A stretch of DNA of 49,601 nucleotides from Chloroflexi bacterium ADurb.Bin325 (GCA_002068935.1 MWBF01000002.1:1-49601); one strand, 5' to 3'; counted from the stretch's first letter, positions 28,343 to 36,555 are shown. Program-made: numbers and translations. The notes: generated by a model from the letters alone, not told the origin.

Positions 28343-28915
28343 ATGAACTCAGTCGTGTTCGTCATCCTGTCACTGATCCTGGGCGGCGCGGCGCTGCTGG
28401 CCGTCGCCTACCCCATCCTGATGAAGGGTCGCGCGGCCCAGCCTGCGGCGGTGTCCGCGCAGGAGCGGCTCGAGGAACTGCTGGCGCAGCGCGACGCGGC
28501 CTATCAGGCGCTGCGCGAGCTGAGCTTCGACCATCGGGTGGGCAAGATCACGGGCGAGGATCTCGTCGTGTTCGAAGCCAACCTGAAACATGTCGCGGCG
28601 GATACGCTGCGCGCGCTCGATGAGTTCGAGCGCGCCGCGGACGCTGACCTGGACGCCTATCTCGAACGCACGGTCGCGGCGCGCAAGGCCGCGCTCAGCG
28701 CGGGCGGCCGCGCCTGCCCGCAGTGCGGCCAGCCGGCCGCGGCCGACGACCGGTTCTGCGCCAGGTGTGGCGCGGAGCTGTCCGCGGCCGGGCCGGCGGC
28801 CGAGAGCGCCGGGGCCGTCTGCCCGCACTGCGGCAAGCCCCTCGCGGCCGGCGACAGGTTCTGCGCCGCCTGCGGCAAGCCCGTCGCGGAGGCAGCGCCG
28901 GCCGCGGTTCGCTGA
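28343..28915 (+). CDS. Membrane-anchored protein: CcmI-like N-terminal TM/coiled-coil segment fused to two zinc-ribbon motifs
   Basis: N-terminal TM segment VVFVILSLILGGAALLAVAYPIL, then ERLEELLAQRDAAYQALRELSFDHRVGKITGEDL, which resembles the CcmI/CycH N-terminal module. The C-terminus carries CPQCG-N11-CARCG and CPHCG-N11-CAACG. Confidence 0.65.
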   Translation: MNSVVFVILSLILGGAALLAVAYPILMKGRAAQPAAVSAQERLEELLAQRDAAYQALRELSFDHRVGKITGEDLVVFEANLKHVAADTLRALDEFERAADADLDAYLERTVAARKAALSAGGRACPQCGQPAAADDRFCARCGAELSAAGPAAESAGAVCPHCGKPLAAGDRFCAACGKPVAEAAPAAVR

Positions 28916-28928
28916 GCGACCGGCCGCC

Positions 28929-31900
28929 ATGTCCTCCCCGTCGCCCCGTGAGCCGCGTTTCGCGACCGCGCCGGATCCGGCGTGGGCGGACTGGGGCGAC
29001 ATCGGCCGCCGGCTGCACGGCCTGCTTTCAACATCCATGCTGGGGCCGGTCTCTGACCGTGCCCCTGGCTCGGTCGGAGACCGGCCAGAGCCATATGTTT
29101 CGGCGGATGCTGCGGCGCGGCCGGCCCTCGACCGGCTGATCCCGCACCTCCCGCGCGCGCTCTCCAGCGCGGCCAGCCCCGAACGCGCGCTCAACAACTT
29201 CGAACGCTTCCTCCAGGCCCTGCCCGATCCGGCGCCGGTGCTGGCCGCGCTGGGCGACGACCTGCACATCCTGGAGATGCTGGCCCACCTCTTTGCCGGC
29301 AGCCAGTTCCTCACCGAGATCCTCCTGCGCAACCCCGGCTATCTGTCGCTCCTGACCGAGCGCACCGGCATCGCCCACCTGAAGAACCCGGGCCGCTTCC
29401 TGGCCGAGGCCCGCACCGCCACCGACCCCTGGCTCACCGGCGGCAATGGCGGCGCGGCATACCCCGCGGTGCTCGATGCGCTCCGCCGCTACCAGCAGCG
29501 CGAGCTGCTGCGCATCGGCATCTGCGACCTGAACGGCCTGCTGGCGCTCTCGGCCGTCACCACCCAGCTATCGTATCTGGCCGAGACCGTCATCCAGACA
29601 GCCCTCGAGGTCACCACCGCGCAGACCGGCATCTCGCCCGCCGGCTTTGCGGTGCTGGCGCTGGGCAAGCTGGGCGGCGGGGAGCTGAACTACAGCTCGG
29701 ACGTGGATCTGCTGTTCCTCGTGGGCGAGGGCTACAGCGAGGCGCACCGCCGCGCCTACACCCGGCTCGGCGAACGGCTCATCGCCGCGCTGACCGAGGC
29801 CACCGCGGAGGGCTTCCTCTACCGGGTCGATATGCGGCTGCGGCCCTGGGGCAGGGTCGGGCCGCTCGCGCCGACCGTCAACAGCTATCTCCGCTATCTG
29901 CGCCAGCACGCGCGGCTGTGGGAGAAGCAGGCCCTCCTGCGCGGCCGGGTCATCGCTGGCGACGAGCTGGTCGGCGACGCGCTGCTCGCGCGGGCCGAGC
30001 CGCTGCTCTTCGCCAGCGGCCCCGAGGCCGTGCGCGCCGAGGTATACGGCATGAAGCAGCTGACCGAGGAGCACCTGCGCCAGACGGGGCGCATCTGGGG
30101 CGAGGTGAAGCTGGGCGAGGGCTCCATCCGCGACGTCGAGTTCGTCGCGCAGTACCTGCAACTGGCCCACGGCGGCGCGCACCCCGAGCTGCGCTCCGGC
30201 AACACCCTCGCGGCGCTGGCGCGCCTCACCGACAACGGCTTCCTCTCCTTCGAGGATCACCGCATCCTGAGCGAGGGCTACACCTTCCTGCGCACCGTCG
30301 AGCACTATCTGCAACTCCTGGATTATCGCCAGACGCACGTCCTGCCCGAGGACGCCGCGGATCTGCGCTATCTGGCGCGGCGGCTGGGCTTCGAGGGCCG
30401 CGCCGCGGGGCCGGACTTCGTGGCCCAGTATCAGCAGCACAGCGCGGCCGTGCGCGGGGTCTATCTGCGCCACCTCGCCGCGCCGCCCGCGATGGCGCGT
30501 CCGCGCACGACCATGAACCACGATGACCGCACAAGGGGGACCGCAATGTCGCTCGATCCGCCCGTTTCCGCCCTGGCCCGCGCGCACCTGGAGCGCATGC
30601 CGGCCGACTACCGCACGATCTTCGAGCCTGCGGAGATCGAACTGCATGCGGAGATGGCCGCCGCGCTGACCGCCGAACAGCCCGTCGGCGTGGCCGCGGC
30701 CGCGCTGCCCGCCGACGCGGCCGGCGCAGAGACGATATGGCGCGTCACCATCGTCGGCTACGATTATCTCGGCGTGCTGTCGCTCATCGGCGGCCTCTTC
30801 TTCGCCTATGGGTTCAGCATCGTGGACGGCAACGTCCACACTTATGAGCCGGACGAGCGCGCGGGTTCGCAGCGCAAGATCGTGGACGTGTTCACCGTGG
30901 AGCCGGTGCGCCTGTCCGGCGAGCTTCGGGCCGCGCCCGACCTCTGGCAGCGCTACGCCGCGGACCTGACCGGCCTGCTGCGCCATCTCCAGGCGCGACA
31001 GCCGCGCGTGGCCCAGGGCGAGCTGGCCAAGCGGATCGCCGCGACCCTGCGCGTCAACCCGTCCGCGCCGCCCACCCTGCCGCCGGTGGACATCACGATC
31101 GACAACGCCGCGTCCGACGCCTACACGGTGCTGCGCATCGGCGGCGCGGACACGCCCGGCTTCCTCTACGAGTTCACGAACGCGCTGGCGTTGAACCGCG
31201 TCCACATCGCGCAGGTCTTCGTCACCTCCGCCGGCGACCGCGTACAGGACACGCTCTACGTGACCGACGACCGGGGCCAGAAGATCGTGGCCGAGCCGCG
31301 GCAGCGCGAGCTGCGCGCGGCGACCGTCCTGGTCAAGCACTTCACCCATCTCCTGCCCCGCTCGCCCAACCCGGAGTCCGCGCTGCTCCACTTCAACGAA
31401 TACCTGGGCGAGCTGTTCAGCCGCCCCTCCTGGCCCGACGAGCTGGCCTCGCTGGAGCGGCCCGAGGTGCTGGATGCGCTGGCGCGACTGCTCGGCGTCA
31501 GCGAGTTCCTGTGGGACGACTTCCTGCGCATGCAGTACGCCAACCTCTTCCCCGTCGTCGAGAACGTGGACACGCTGGCCGCGGGGCGCAGCCGCGCCGA
31601 GCTGGCGGTCGCGCTGGCCGTCGCCCTGGAGAACGGGCAGGCCGGGGCCGGCGACTGGCGGGACGCGCTCAACGCCTTCAAGGACCGCGAGATGTTCCGC
31701 ATCGACATGCGCCACATCCTCGGCCACACGCCCGCCTATGCCGACTTTGCGCGCGAGCTGACCGACCTGGCGGAGGTAGTGCTGGCGGCCGCGGTCGAGC
31801 GGTGTCACGCAGAACTGGCCGCACAGTACGGGGCGCCCGCAGCGCCGGCGCGCTATTGTCTCGCTGCGCTGGGCAAGGCCGGCGGCCGCGAGCTGGGCTT

Positions 31901-32699
31901 TGCCTCGGATGTCGAGCTGATGTTCGTCTACGAGGCCGCGGGCGACACGGCCGGCCCGCGCGTGATCGACGCCGCGGAGTTCTACGAGAAACTGGTCGTG
32001 GAGCTGGGCCGCGCCATCCGCGCGCGCCGCGAGGGCATCTTCGAGATCGACCTGCAACTGCGGCCCTACGGCAAGGCGGGCAGCCTCGCGGTGTCGCTGG
32101 AGGCGTTCCGCCGCTATTTCGCGGCCGACGGGCCGGCCTGGGGCTACGAGCGGCAGGCCCTCGTCAAGCTGCGCCCTATCGCGGGCGATCCGGGCCTGGG
32201 CGAGCTGCTCGCCGACCTGCGCGACAGCTTCGTCTACACCGCCACGCCCTTCGATGTGGCGGCCATGCGCGCGCTGCGCGAGCGCCAGCTCCGCCACCTC
32301 GTCACGCCGGGGACCATCAACGCCAAGTTCAGCCGCGGGGGCCTGGTCGATGTCGAGTATATCGTGCAGGGCTTGCAGGTGACACACGGCCACCGCGACC
32401 CCGCGCTGCGCGTGACCAACACCGCGGATGCGATCGCCGCGCTGGCGCGGGCGAACATCATCTCGGACGAAAACGCGGCGCGGCTGGCCGGCGCGCTCGT
32501 GTTCCTGCAACAGCTCATCAACGCGCTGCGCATGGTGCGCGGGAACAACAGGGATCTGGCCGTGCCCGCGCCCGGCGGCGAGGAGTTTGCGTTCCTGGCG
32601 CGGCGGCTCGGCTACGACAGCGATCCGGCCCGCCTCAGCGCCGCGCTGGAGGGGCACATCGCCTGGGTCCAGCGGCTCAGCGCGCGCTTGTTGGGGTAA
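28929..32699 (+). CDS. glnE: Bifunctional glutamine synthetase adenylyltransferase/adenylyl-removing enzyme with an internal ACT-domain pair
   Basis: Two nucleotidyltransferase modules (GKLGGGELNYSSDVDLLFL...YRVDMRLRPWG and GKAGGRELGFASDVELMFV...FEIDLQLRPYG), each followed by a GlnE/GlnD-type helical domain. Start is uncertain: the ATG at 28929 gives coding-like third-position GC, and the alternative ATG at 29037 lies inside a palindromic element. The 28590 start in the ORF track overlaps the preceding gene and is rejected. Confidence 0.85.
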   Translation: MSSPSPREPRFATAPDPAWADWGDIGRRLHGLLSTSMLGPVSDRAPGSVGDRPEPYVSADAAARPALDRLIPHLPRALSSAASPERALNNFERFLQALPDPAPVLAALGDDLHILEMLAHLFAGSQFLTEILLRNPGYLSLLTERTGIAHLKNPGRFLAEARTATDPWLTGGNGGAAYPAVLDALRRYQQRELLRIGICDLNGLLALSAVTTQLSYLAETVIQTALEVTTAQTGISPAGFAVLALGKLGGGELNYSSDVDLLFLVGEGYSEAHRRAYTRLGERLIAALTEATAEGFLYRVDMRLRPWGRVGPLAPTVNSYLRYLRQHARLWEKQALLRGRVIAGDELVGDALLARAEPLLFASGPEAVRAEVYGMKQLTEEHLRQTGRIWGEVKLGEGSIRDVEFVAQYLQLAHGGAHPELRSGNTLAALARLTDNGFLSFEDHRILSEGYTFLRTVEHYLQLLDYRQTHVLPEDAADLRYLARRLGFEGRAAGPDFVAQYQQHSAAVRGVYLRHLAAPPAMARPRTTMNHDDRTRGTAMSLDPPVSALARAHLERMPADYRTIFEPAEIELHAEMAAALTAEQPVGVAAAALPADAAGAETIWRVTIVGYDYLGVLSLIGGLFFAYGFSIVDGNVHTYEPDERAGSQRKIVDVFTVEPVRLSGELRAAPDLWQRYAADLTGLLRHLQARQPRVAQGELAKRIAATLRVNPSAPPTLPPVDITIDNAASDAYTVLRIGGADTPGFLYEFTNALALNRVHIAQVFVTSAGDRVQDTLYVTDDRGQKIVAEPRQRELRAATVLVKHFTHLLPRSPNPESALLHFNEYLGELFSRPSWPDELASLERPEVLDALARLLGVSEFLWDDFLRMQYANLFPVVENVDTLAAGRSRAELAVALAVALENGQAGAGDWRDALNAFKDREMFRIDMRHILGHTPAYADFARELTDLAEVVLAAAVERCHAELAAQYGAPAAPARYCLAALGKAGGRELGFASDVELMFVYEAAGDTAGPRVIDAAEFYEKLVVELGRAIRARREGIFEIDLQLRPYGKAGSLAVSLEAFRRYFAADGPAWGYERQALVKLRPIAGDPGLGELLADLRDSFVYTATPFDVAAMRALRERQLRHLVTPGTINAKFSRGGLVDVEYIVQGLQVTHGHRDPALRVTNTADAIAALARANIISDENAARLAGALVFLQQLINALRMVRGNNRDLAVPAPGGEEFAFLARRLGYDSDPARLSAALEGHIAWVQRLSARLLG
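29031..29109. repeat. Family-B element, copy 2 (opposite loop orientation), embedded in the glnE reading frame
   Basis: The core GGCCGGTCTCTGACCGTGCCCCTGGCTCGGTCGGAGACCGGCC (29044-86) is flanked by degenerate termini ACATCCATG... and ...GTTTCGGCGGATG, which align with the CTATCCGAAAA/TTTTCGGATAG termini of the 32724-32803 copy. Confidence 0.75.
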
Positions 32700-32723
32700 G
32701 AGGAAGAATAGAACGCTAAGAAT

Positions 32724-32803
32724 CTATCCGAAAATTGCTCTGGCCGGTCTCCGACCGAGCCAGGGGCACGGTCGGAGACCGGCCCCAGCGGGTTTTCGGA
32801 TAG
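32724..32803. repeat. Family-B element, complete copy with 11-nt terminal inverted repeats (MITE/REP-like)
   Basis: CTATCCGAAAA (32724-34), then the perfect hairpin GGCCGGTCTCCGACCG / CGGTCGGAGACCGGCC (32742-84), then TTTTCGGATAG (32793-803). Confidence 0.85.
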
Positions 32804-32816
32804 GCTCTAAGCCTGA

Positions 32817-32879
32817 CCTCACCCCCCAGCCCCCTCTCCTGAACTCCAGTTCAGGAGAGGGGGAGTCGAGGGGGTGAGG
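32817..32879. repeat. Family-A palindromic element, copy 4 (short form)
   Basis: CCTCACCCCCCAGCCCCCTCTCCTGAACTCCAGTTCAGGAGAGGGGGAGTCGAGGGGGTGAGG. It ends 4 nt from the stop of the RraA-like gene. Confidence 0.85.
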
Positions 32880-32882
32880 CCC

Positions 32883-33659
32883 CTACCACTCCCCCGGCGC
32901 GCCGAACCGGGCGCGGGCGGCCTCGCGGAATACTCCCGACGCCCGGTTGATCGTCTCTACCGCATCCGTCAGCGTCCGGCCCGTGCTGCTGCGCGCGGCC
33001 GCGATGACCGTGTGACACTCGTTGCTGTCCATAAAGCGCGCCGCATCCAGCACCGCGGCCTCGTCCTCGCGCGGCAACACCAGAAAGCCGTGCTTGTCCG
33101 CATGGATGAGCTGGCCCGGCTGGACGCGCACCCCGAAGACCTCGACCTCGCAGTCCCAGGCCACCGGGTAGTTGAACGCGTGGCCGACGCACAGCCGCCG
33201 CGCCAGCGCCTTGAAGCCGACCGCCGTCATCTCGTCCAGGTCGCGGATGCCGCCGTCGGTGATCGTGCCCACGCAGCCGAGCGCCCGGTGGACGCTGGAA
33301 TTGACCTCGCCCCAGAACGAGCCGTAGAGCGCGGGCTTGTCGAGATCCTGGATGACGACGATCTTCGGCCCCGGCACGCTCGCGACGTAGCGGCGATATT
33401 CCGCCCAGGCCTGCGGGTTGCCGCGGCGGTGCGCCGGGTTCCCCGGCTGGATCTGCAGCGTGACCGCATAGCCGGCCATCGGCCCCATCTGGGGCATGAA
33501 GTCGCGCGCCTCCTCCAGGTTAAAGCACTCGCGGCCCGGGTTGCACCGCGTGACCTGTTCCCAGCCGTTGTAGATGCTGGGCGTGTTCCAGCGCGTCAGC
33601 TCCAGCAGATAGGCGCGCGGGAGCCGGCCCTGCTCGTGGGCGTCGGAGATGTTTTCCAT
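32883..33659 (-). CDS. RraA-like protein (RraA / 4-hydroxy-4-methyl-2-oxoglutarate aldolase family)
   Basis: The core IVVIQDLDKPALYGSFWGEVNSSVHRALGCVGTITDGGIRD matches the RraA/aldolase fold signature (G-x20-R...DG.RD). GAGGAA lies upstream of the ATG. Confidence 0.75.
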   Translation of the reverse strand: MENISDAHEQGRLPRAYLLELTRWNTPSIYNGWEQVTRCNPGRECFNLEEARDFMPQMGPMAGYAVTLQIQPGNPAHRRGNPQAWAEYRRYVASVPGPKIVVIQDLDKPALYGSFWGEVNSSVHRALGCVGTITDGGIRDLDEMTAVGFKALARRLCVGHAFNYPVAWDCEVEVFGVRVQPGQLIHADKHGFLVLPREDEAAVLDAARFMDSNECHTVIAAARSSTGRTLTDAVETINRASGVFREAARARFGAPGEW

Positions 33660-33692
33660 ATGGGTTCCTCGAAACAGGTTCGTAGCGAAGCG

Positions 33693-34211
33693 CTACACCA
33701 GCGGCCGGCCGGCCATCGCATCGAGGGCGCGGTGGGCCGCAAAGGGGACGTGGACGGCCGGATCCAGCCGCTCCAGCGCGACCAGCACCGGCTTGATGAG
33801 CGTATCGACGCTGCCCGTCGGCAGCGCCTGCTGCTTCGCCAGCGTGTACAAGATCGCATGTGCGCCCTCGCGGAGCGAGGCGGAGTCGGCCCGCTGCACC
33901 AGGCTCTCCAGCAGCGGGCGCAGGGCCGCGGGGCCCAGGTTCATCAGCGCGTGGGACGCCACCCAGCGATTGCCCTCGTTCTGCTCGCGCACCAGCGCGT
34001 CGATGAACAGGGGCGCCAGGGCCGGGTCGAGCCGCTCCGACAGGATCTTCAGCGCCTCCCAGCGCACCTGATCGTTTGCGGCCTGCGCGGCCGCGGCCAG
34101 CTCGGGGACCGCGGCCGGTCCCATCGCCTGAAGCAGATCGCGCGCGTCGCGGCGCTGACGCCAACTGCCGCCCAGGTCTTCGATCAACTTTGAGATCGTC
34201 TCGTTCGCCAT
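33693..34211 (-). CDS. HEAT-repeat protein
   Basis: 172 aa of helical repeats with the PBS-lyase/HEAT pattern (RRDARDLLQAMGPAAVPELAAAA..., VRWEALKILSERLDPALAPLFIDAL..., NRWVASHALMNLGPAALRPLLESL). It ends 33 nt upstream of the RraA-like gene (likely operon). Confidence 0.7.
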   Translation of the reverse strand: MANETISKLIEDLGGSWRQRRDARDLLQAMGPAAVPELAAAAQAANDQVRWEALKILSERLDPALAPLFIDALVREQNEGNRWVASHALMNLGPAALRPLLESLVQRADSASLREGAHAILYTLAKQQALPTGSVDTLIKPVLVALERLDPAVHVPFAAHRALDAMAGRPLV

Positions 34212-34323
34212 CGCTTCGCCCCTCCCGTAGTTTCAGGTCTTTGCGCTATCATACCCGATAATGCTATCATTTCCGTCATCGCGCTTGCTATCGGGCTGCC
34301 ATCTATCCTGGTGAGGTCGCAAC

Positions 34324-35589
34324 ATGCATATCGAACTGGCCTACGGCCGTCACGGGCTGCCGCTCGACCTGCCGGACGACTGGCCGGTCACGGTCGTCGC
34401 CCCGCGCTACGTCCCGGCGCTGCCGGACCCCGCGGCCGCGCTCACGGCCGCGCTGCGCGCGCCGCGCCATGCGCCGCCGCTGGCCGAGCGCGTCCGGCCG
34501 GGCGACCGGGTGGGCGTCATCTTCAGCGACATCACGCGCGCGACGCCGCACCATCTGATCCTGCCCGCGGTCCTGGCCGAGCTACAGCACGTCCCGCGCG
34601 CGCAGATCACGCTGTTCAACGCGCTGGGCACGCACCGCCGCAACACCGACGCGGAGCTGCGCGGCATGATCGGCGGGCTGCTGGACGAGTATCGGGTCGT
34701 CCAGAACAACGCGTTCGACCCCGCGACGCAGGTCTGCCTCGGCGTGACACAGCGCGGGCACGCCATCTGGCTCGACCGGGAGATCGTCTCGTGCGATGTG
34801 AAGGTGCTCACCGGCTTCATCGAGCCGCACTTCTTTGCGGGCTTCTCCGGCGGCGGCAAGGCGCTCATGCCGGGCATGGCCGGCCAGCAGACGGTGCTGG
34901 GCAACCACGACGCCGGCATGATCGCGCACCCGCAGGCGACCTGGGGCGTGACCGCGGGCAACCCGATCTGGGAAGAGGTCATGGAGGTCGCGCGCCTGGT
35001 GGGCGGGACCTTCCTCGTCAACGTGGCGCTCAACCGCGACAAGGCCATCACGGGCGTGTTTGCGGGCGACCTGGATGTCGCGCACGCAGCCGGCTGCGCA
35101 TTCGTGCGGGAGACCGCGATGGCGCCGGTCGCGGCCCCGTTCGATATCGTGGTGACGACGAACTCCGGCTATCCGCTCGATCTGAACCTGTACCAGGCCG
35201 TCAAGGGGATGAGCGCGGCCAGCCAGATCGTCAGGCCCGGCGGCGCGATCATCATCGCGGCGGAGTGCTGGGACGGCATCCCGGACCACGGCCTCTACGG
35301 GCAACTGCTGGCCGCGGCGCGCTCCCCGCGCGAGCTGCTCGAGACCATCACCGCGCCGGGCTTCCTGAAGCAGGATCAGTGGCAGGCGCAGGTCCAGGCG
35401 CAGATCCAGCTCAAGGCCGAGGTGTACGTGCGCAGCGATTACCTCACGGACGAGCAGATCCGCCGGGCGCTGCTGCTGCCCTGCGCATCCATCGAACAGA
35501 CGCTCGCGCAGTTACGGGAGCGCTACGGCCCCGACGCAACCATCTGCGTGCTGCCCGAAGGCCCGCAGACGATCCCGTATGTTGGATAG
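34324..35589 (+). CDS. LarA-family nickel-pincer-dependent 2-hydroxyacid racemase/epimerase homologue
   Basis: DUF2088-type N-terminus (GDRVGVIFSDITRATP) and the cofactor-tethering region HFFAGFSGGGKALMPG, which includes the conserved Lys. Confidence 0.8.
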   Translation: MHIELAYGRHGLPLDLPDDWPVTVVAPRYVPALPDPAAALTAALRAPRHAPPLAERVRPGDRVGVIFSDITRATPHHLILPAVLAELQHVPRAQITLFNALGTHRRNTDAELRGMIGGLLDEYRVVQNNAFDPATQVCLGVTQRGHAIWLDREIVSCDVKVLTGFIEPHFFAGFSGGGKALMPGMAGQQTVLGNHDAGMIAHPQATWGVTAGNPIWEEVMEVARLVGGTFLVNVALNRDKAITGVFAGDLDVAHAAGCAFVRETAMAPVAAPFDIVVTTNSGYPLDLNLYQAVKGMSAASQIVRPGGAIIIAAECWDGIPDHGLYGQLLAAARSPRELLETITAPGFLKQDQWQAQVQAQIQLKAEVYVRSDYLTDEQIRRALLLPCASIEQTLAQLRERYGPDATICVLPEGPQTIPYVG

Positions 35590-35592
35590 AAC

Positions 35593-35632
35593 GCTGATGG
35601 CGCTGACGGCCATGACCCTCAGCGTCATCAGC
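35593..35632. terminator. Hairpin between the convergent LarA-like and PhyH genes (possible bidirectional terminator)
   Basis: GCTGATGGCGCTGA (35593-606) / TCAGCGTCATCAGC (35619-32): a 14-bp stem with one mismatch and a 12-nt loop. There is no clear T-tract. Confidence 0.4.
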
Positions 35633-35646
35633 ATCCCGGCCGCCGC

Positions 35647-36555
35647 CTACAGGTTGTCGCCGGGCGACCAGGGCTTCGCCCATCGCTGGTCGATGGGGTC
35701 GCGCACGAGCTGATAGCGGATGTCCGTCGAGAGGCGGATGCGCCCGCGGTCATCCACGTTCTGCGTCGCGGCGTGGATCATGTACCCGCTGTGGACGACC
35801 ATGTCGCCGGCCTCGTAGTCCGCGGCCAGCCAGCGCGTGTCCTGCCGCTCGGCCAGGCTGGGCGCGTCCTTCGTCAGCCAGCCGCCCTCAGCCATGTTGC
35901 GGTTGTATGCGCTGATGCGCTCCTCCGGCGGCAGGTCGGCATTCTTCGCGGACAGCTCGGCCTCGATCTCGCGGCCCCAGCCGTCCGACCCTTCGAGATA
36001 GATCAGCCCACCCATCTCCACGGGCGTGTCGCCGATGGGGATCCAACTGGTGTACACGCGCTCCGTGCCCGCGCGCAGATAGGTGAGGTCGTAGTGGGCC
36101 GGGGTCGCGAAGCGGTCGCCCGGCTTCGAGTAGCGGATGATCTTGCGGCCGTGCAGATAGACCGGCCCGCCCAACACCGCCTCATAGAAGTCGCGGATCG
36201 GGGCCATCAGACAGAAGGCCTCGTAGGCCGCCCAGCGGGTGGCCTCGACGAGCTGCTTGTGACACGCGGCCGCATCCTCCCCGCCGCCCGCATAAAGCCC
36301 CGCCTCCGGGTCGCTCCCCGCCGCGAGGAGGCCGAGCTCCGCAAACGCGGCAAAGAACCGGCGGCGGAAATCGAGCACCGCCCGGCGATCCAGGATGCCC
36401 TTGAGCCACAGATAGCCCTGGGCCCGATACTGCTCCCACAGCTCGGCGTATGGCCGGGCCGGATCGGACGGCGTCAGCCAGCCGATGCGCCGCGGCGACA
36501 TGTCGAGCGCAAAACCGTTCGACGTCAGTTCCAGGGTATTCAGCCTGTCCGTCAT
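35647..36555 (-). CDS. Phytanoyl-CoA dioxygenase (PhyH) family Fe(II)/2-oxoglutarate oxygenase
   Basis: HxD...H facial-triad context (TPAHYDLTYL...VVHSGYMIHAATQN...RLSTDIRY). GAGGGA lies upstream of the ATG. Confidence 0.8.
   Translation of the reverse strand: MTDRLNTLELTSNGFALDMSPRRIGWLTPSDPARPYAELWEQYRAQGYLWLKGILDRRAVLDFRRRFFAAFAELGLLAAGSDPEAGLYAGGGEDAAACHKQLVEATRWAAYEAFCLMAPIRDFYEAVLGGPVYLHGRKIIRYSKPGDRFATPAHYDLTYLRAGTERVYTSWIPIGDTPVEMGGLIYLEGSDGWGREIEAELSAKNADLPPEERISAYNRNMAEGGWLTKDAPSLAERQDTRWLAADYEAGDMVVHSGYMIHAATQNVDDRGRIRLSTDIRYQLVRDPIDQRWAKPWSPGDNL

Noticed and set aside
34212-34323. Repeated GCTATCAT/GCTATCG motifs and a TTGCGC-18-TATCAT promoter-like match in the divergent HEAT/LarA intergenic region.
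   Set aside because: The spacer length is non-optimal, the repeats are short (7 nt) and there is no supporting symmetry. This is not strong enough for a feature call.
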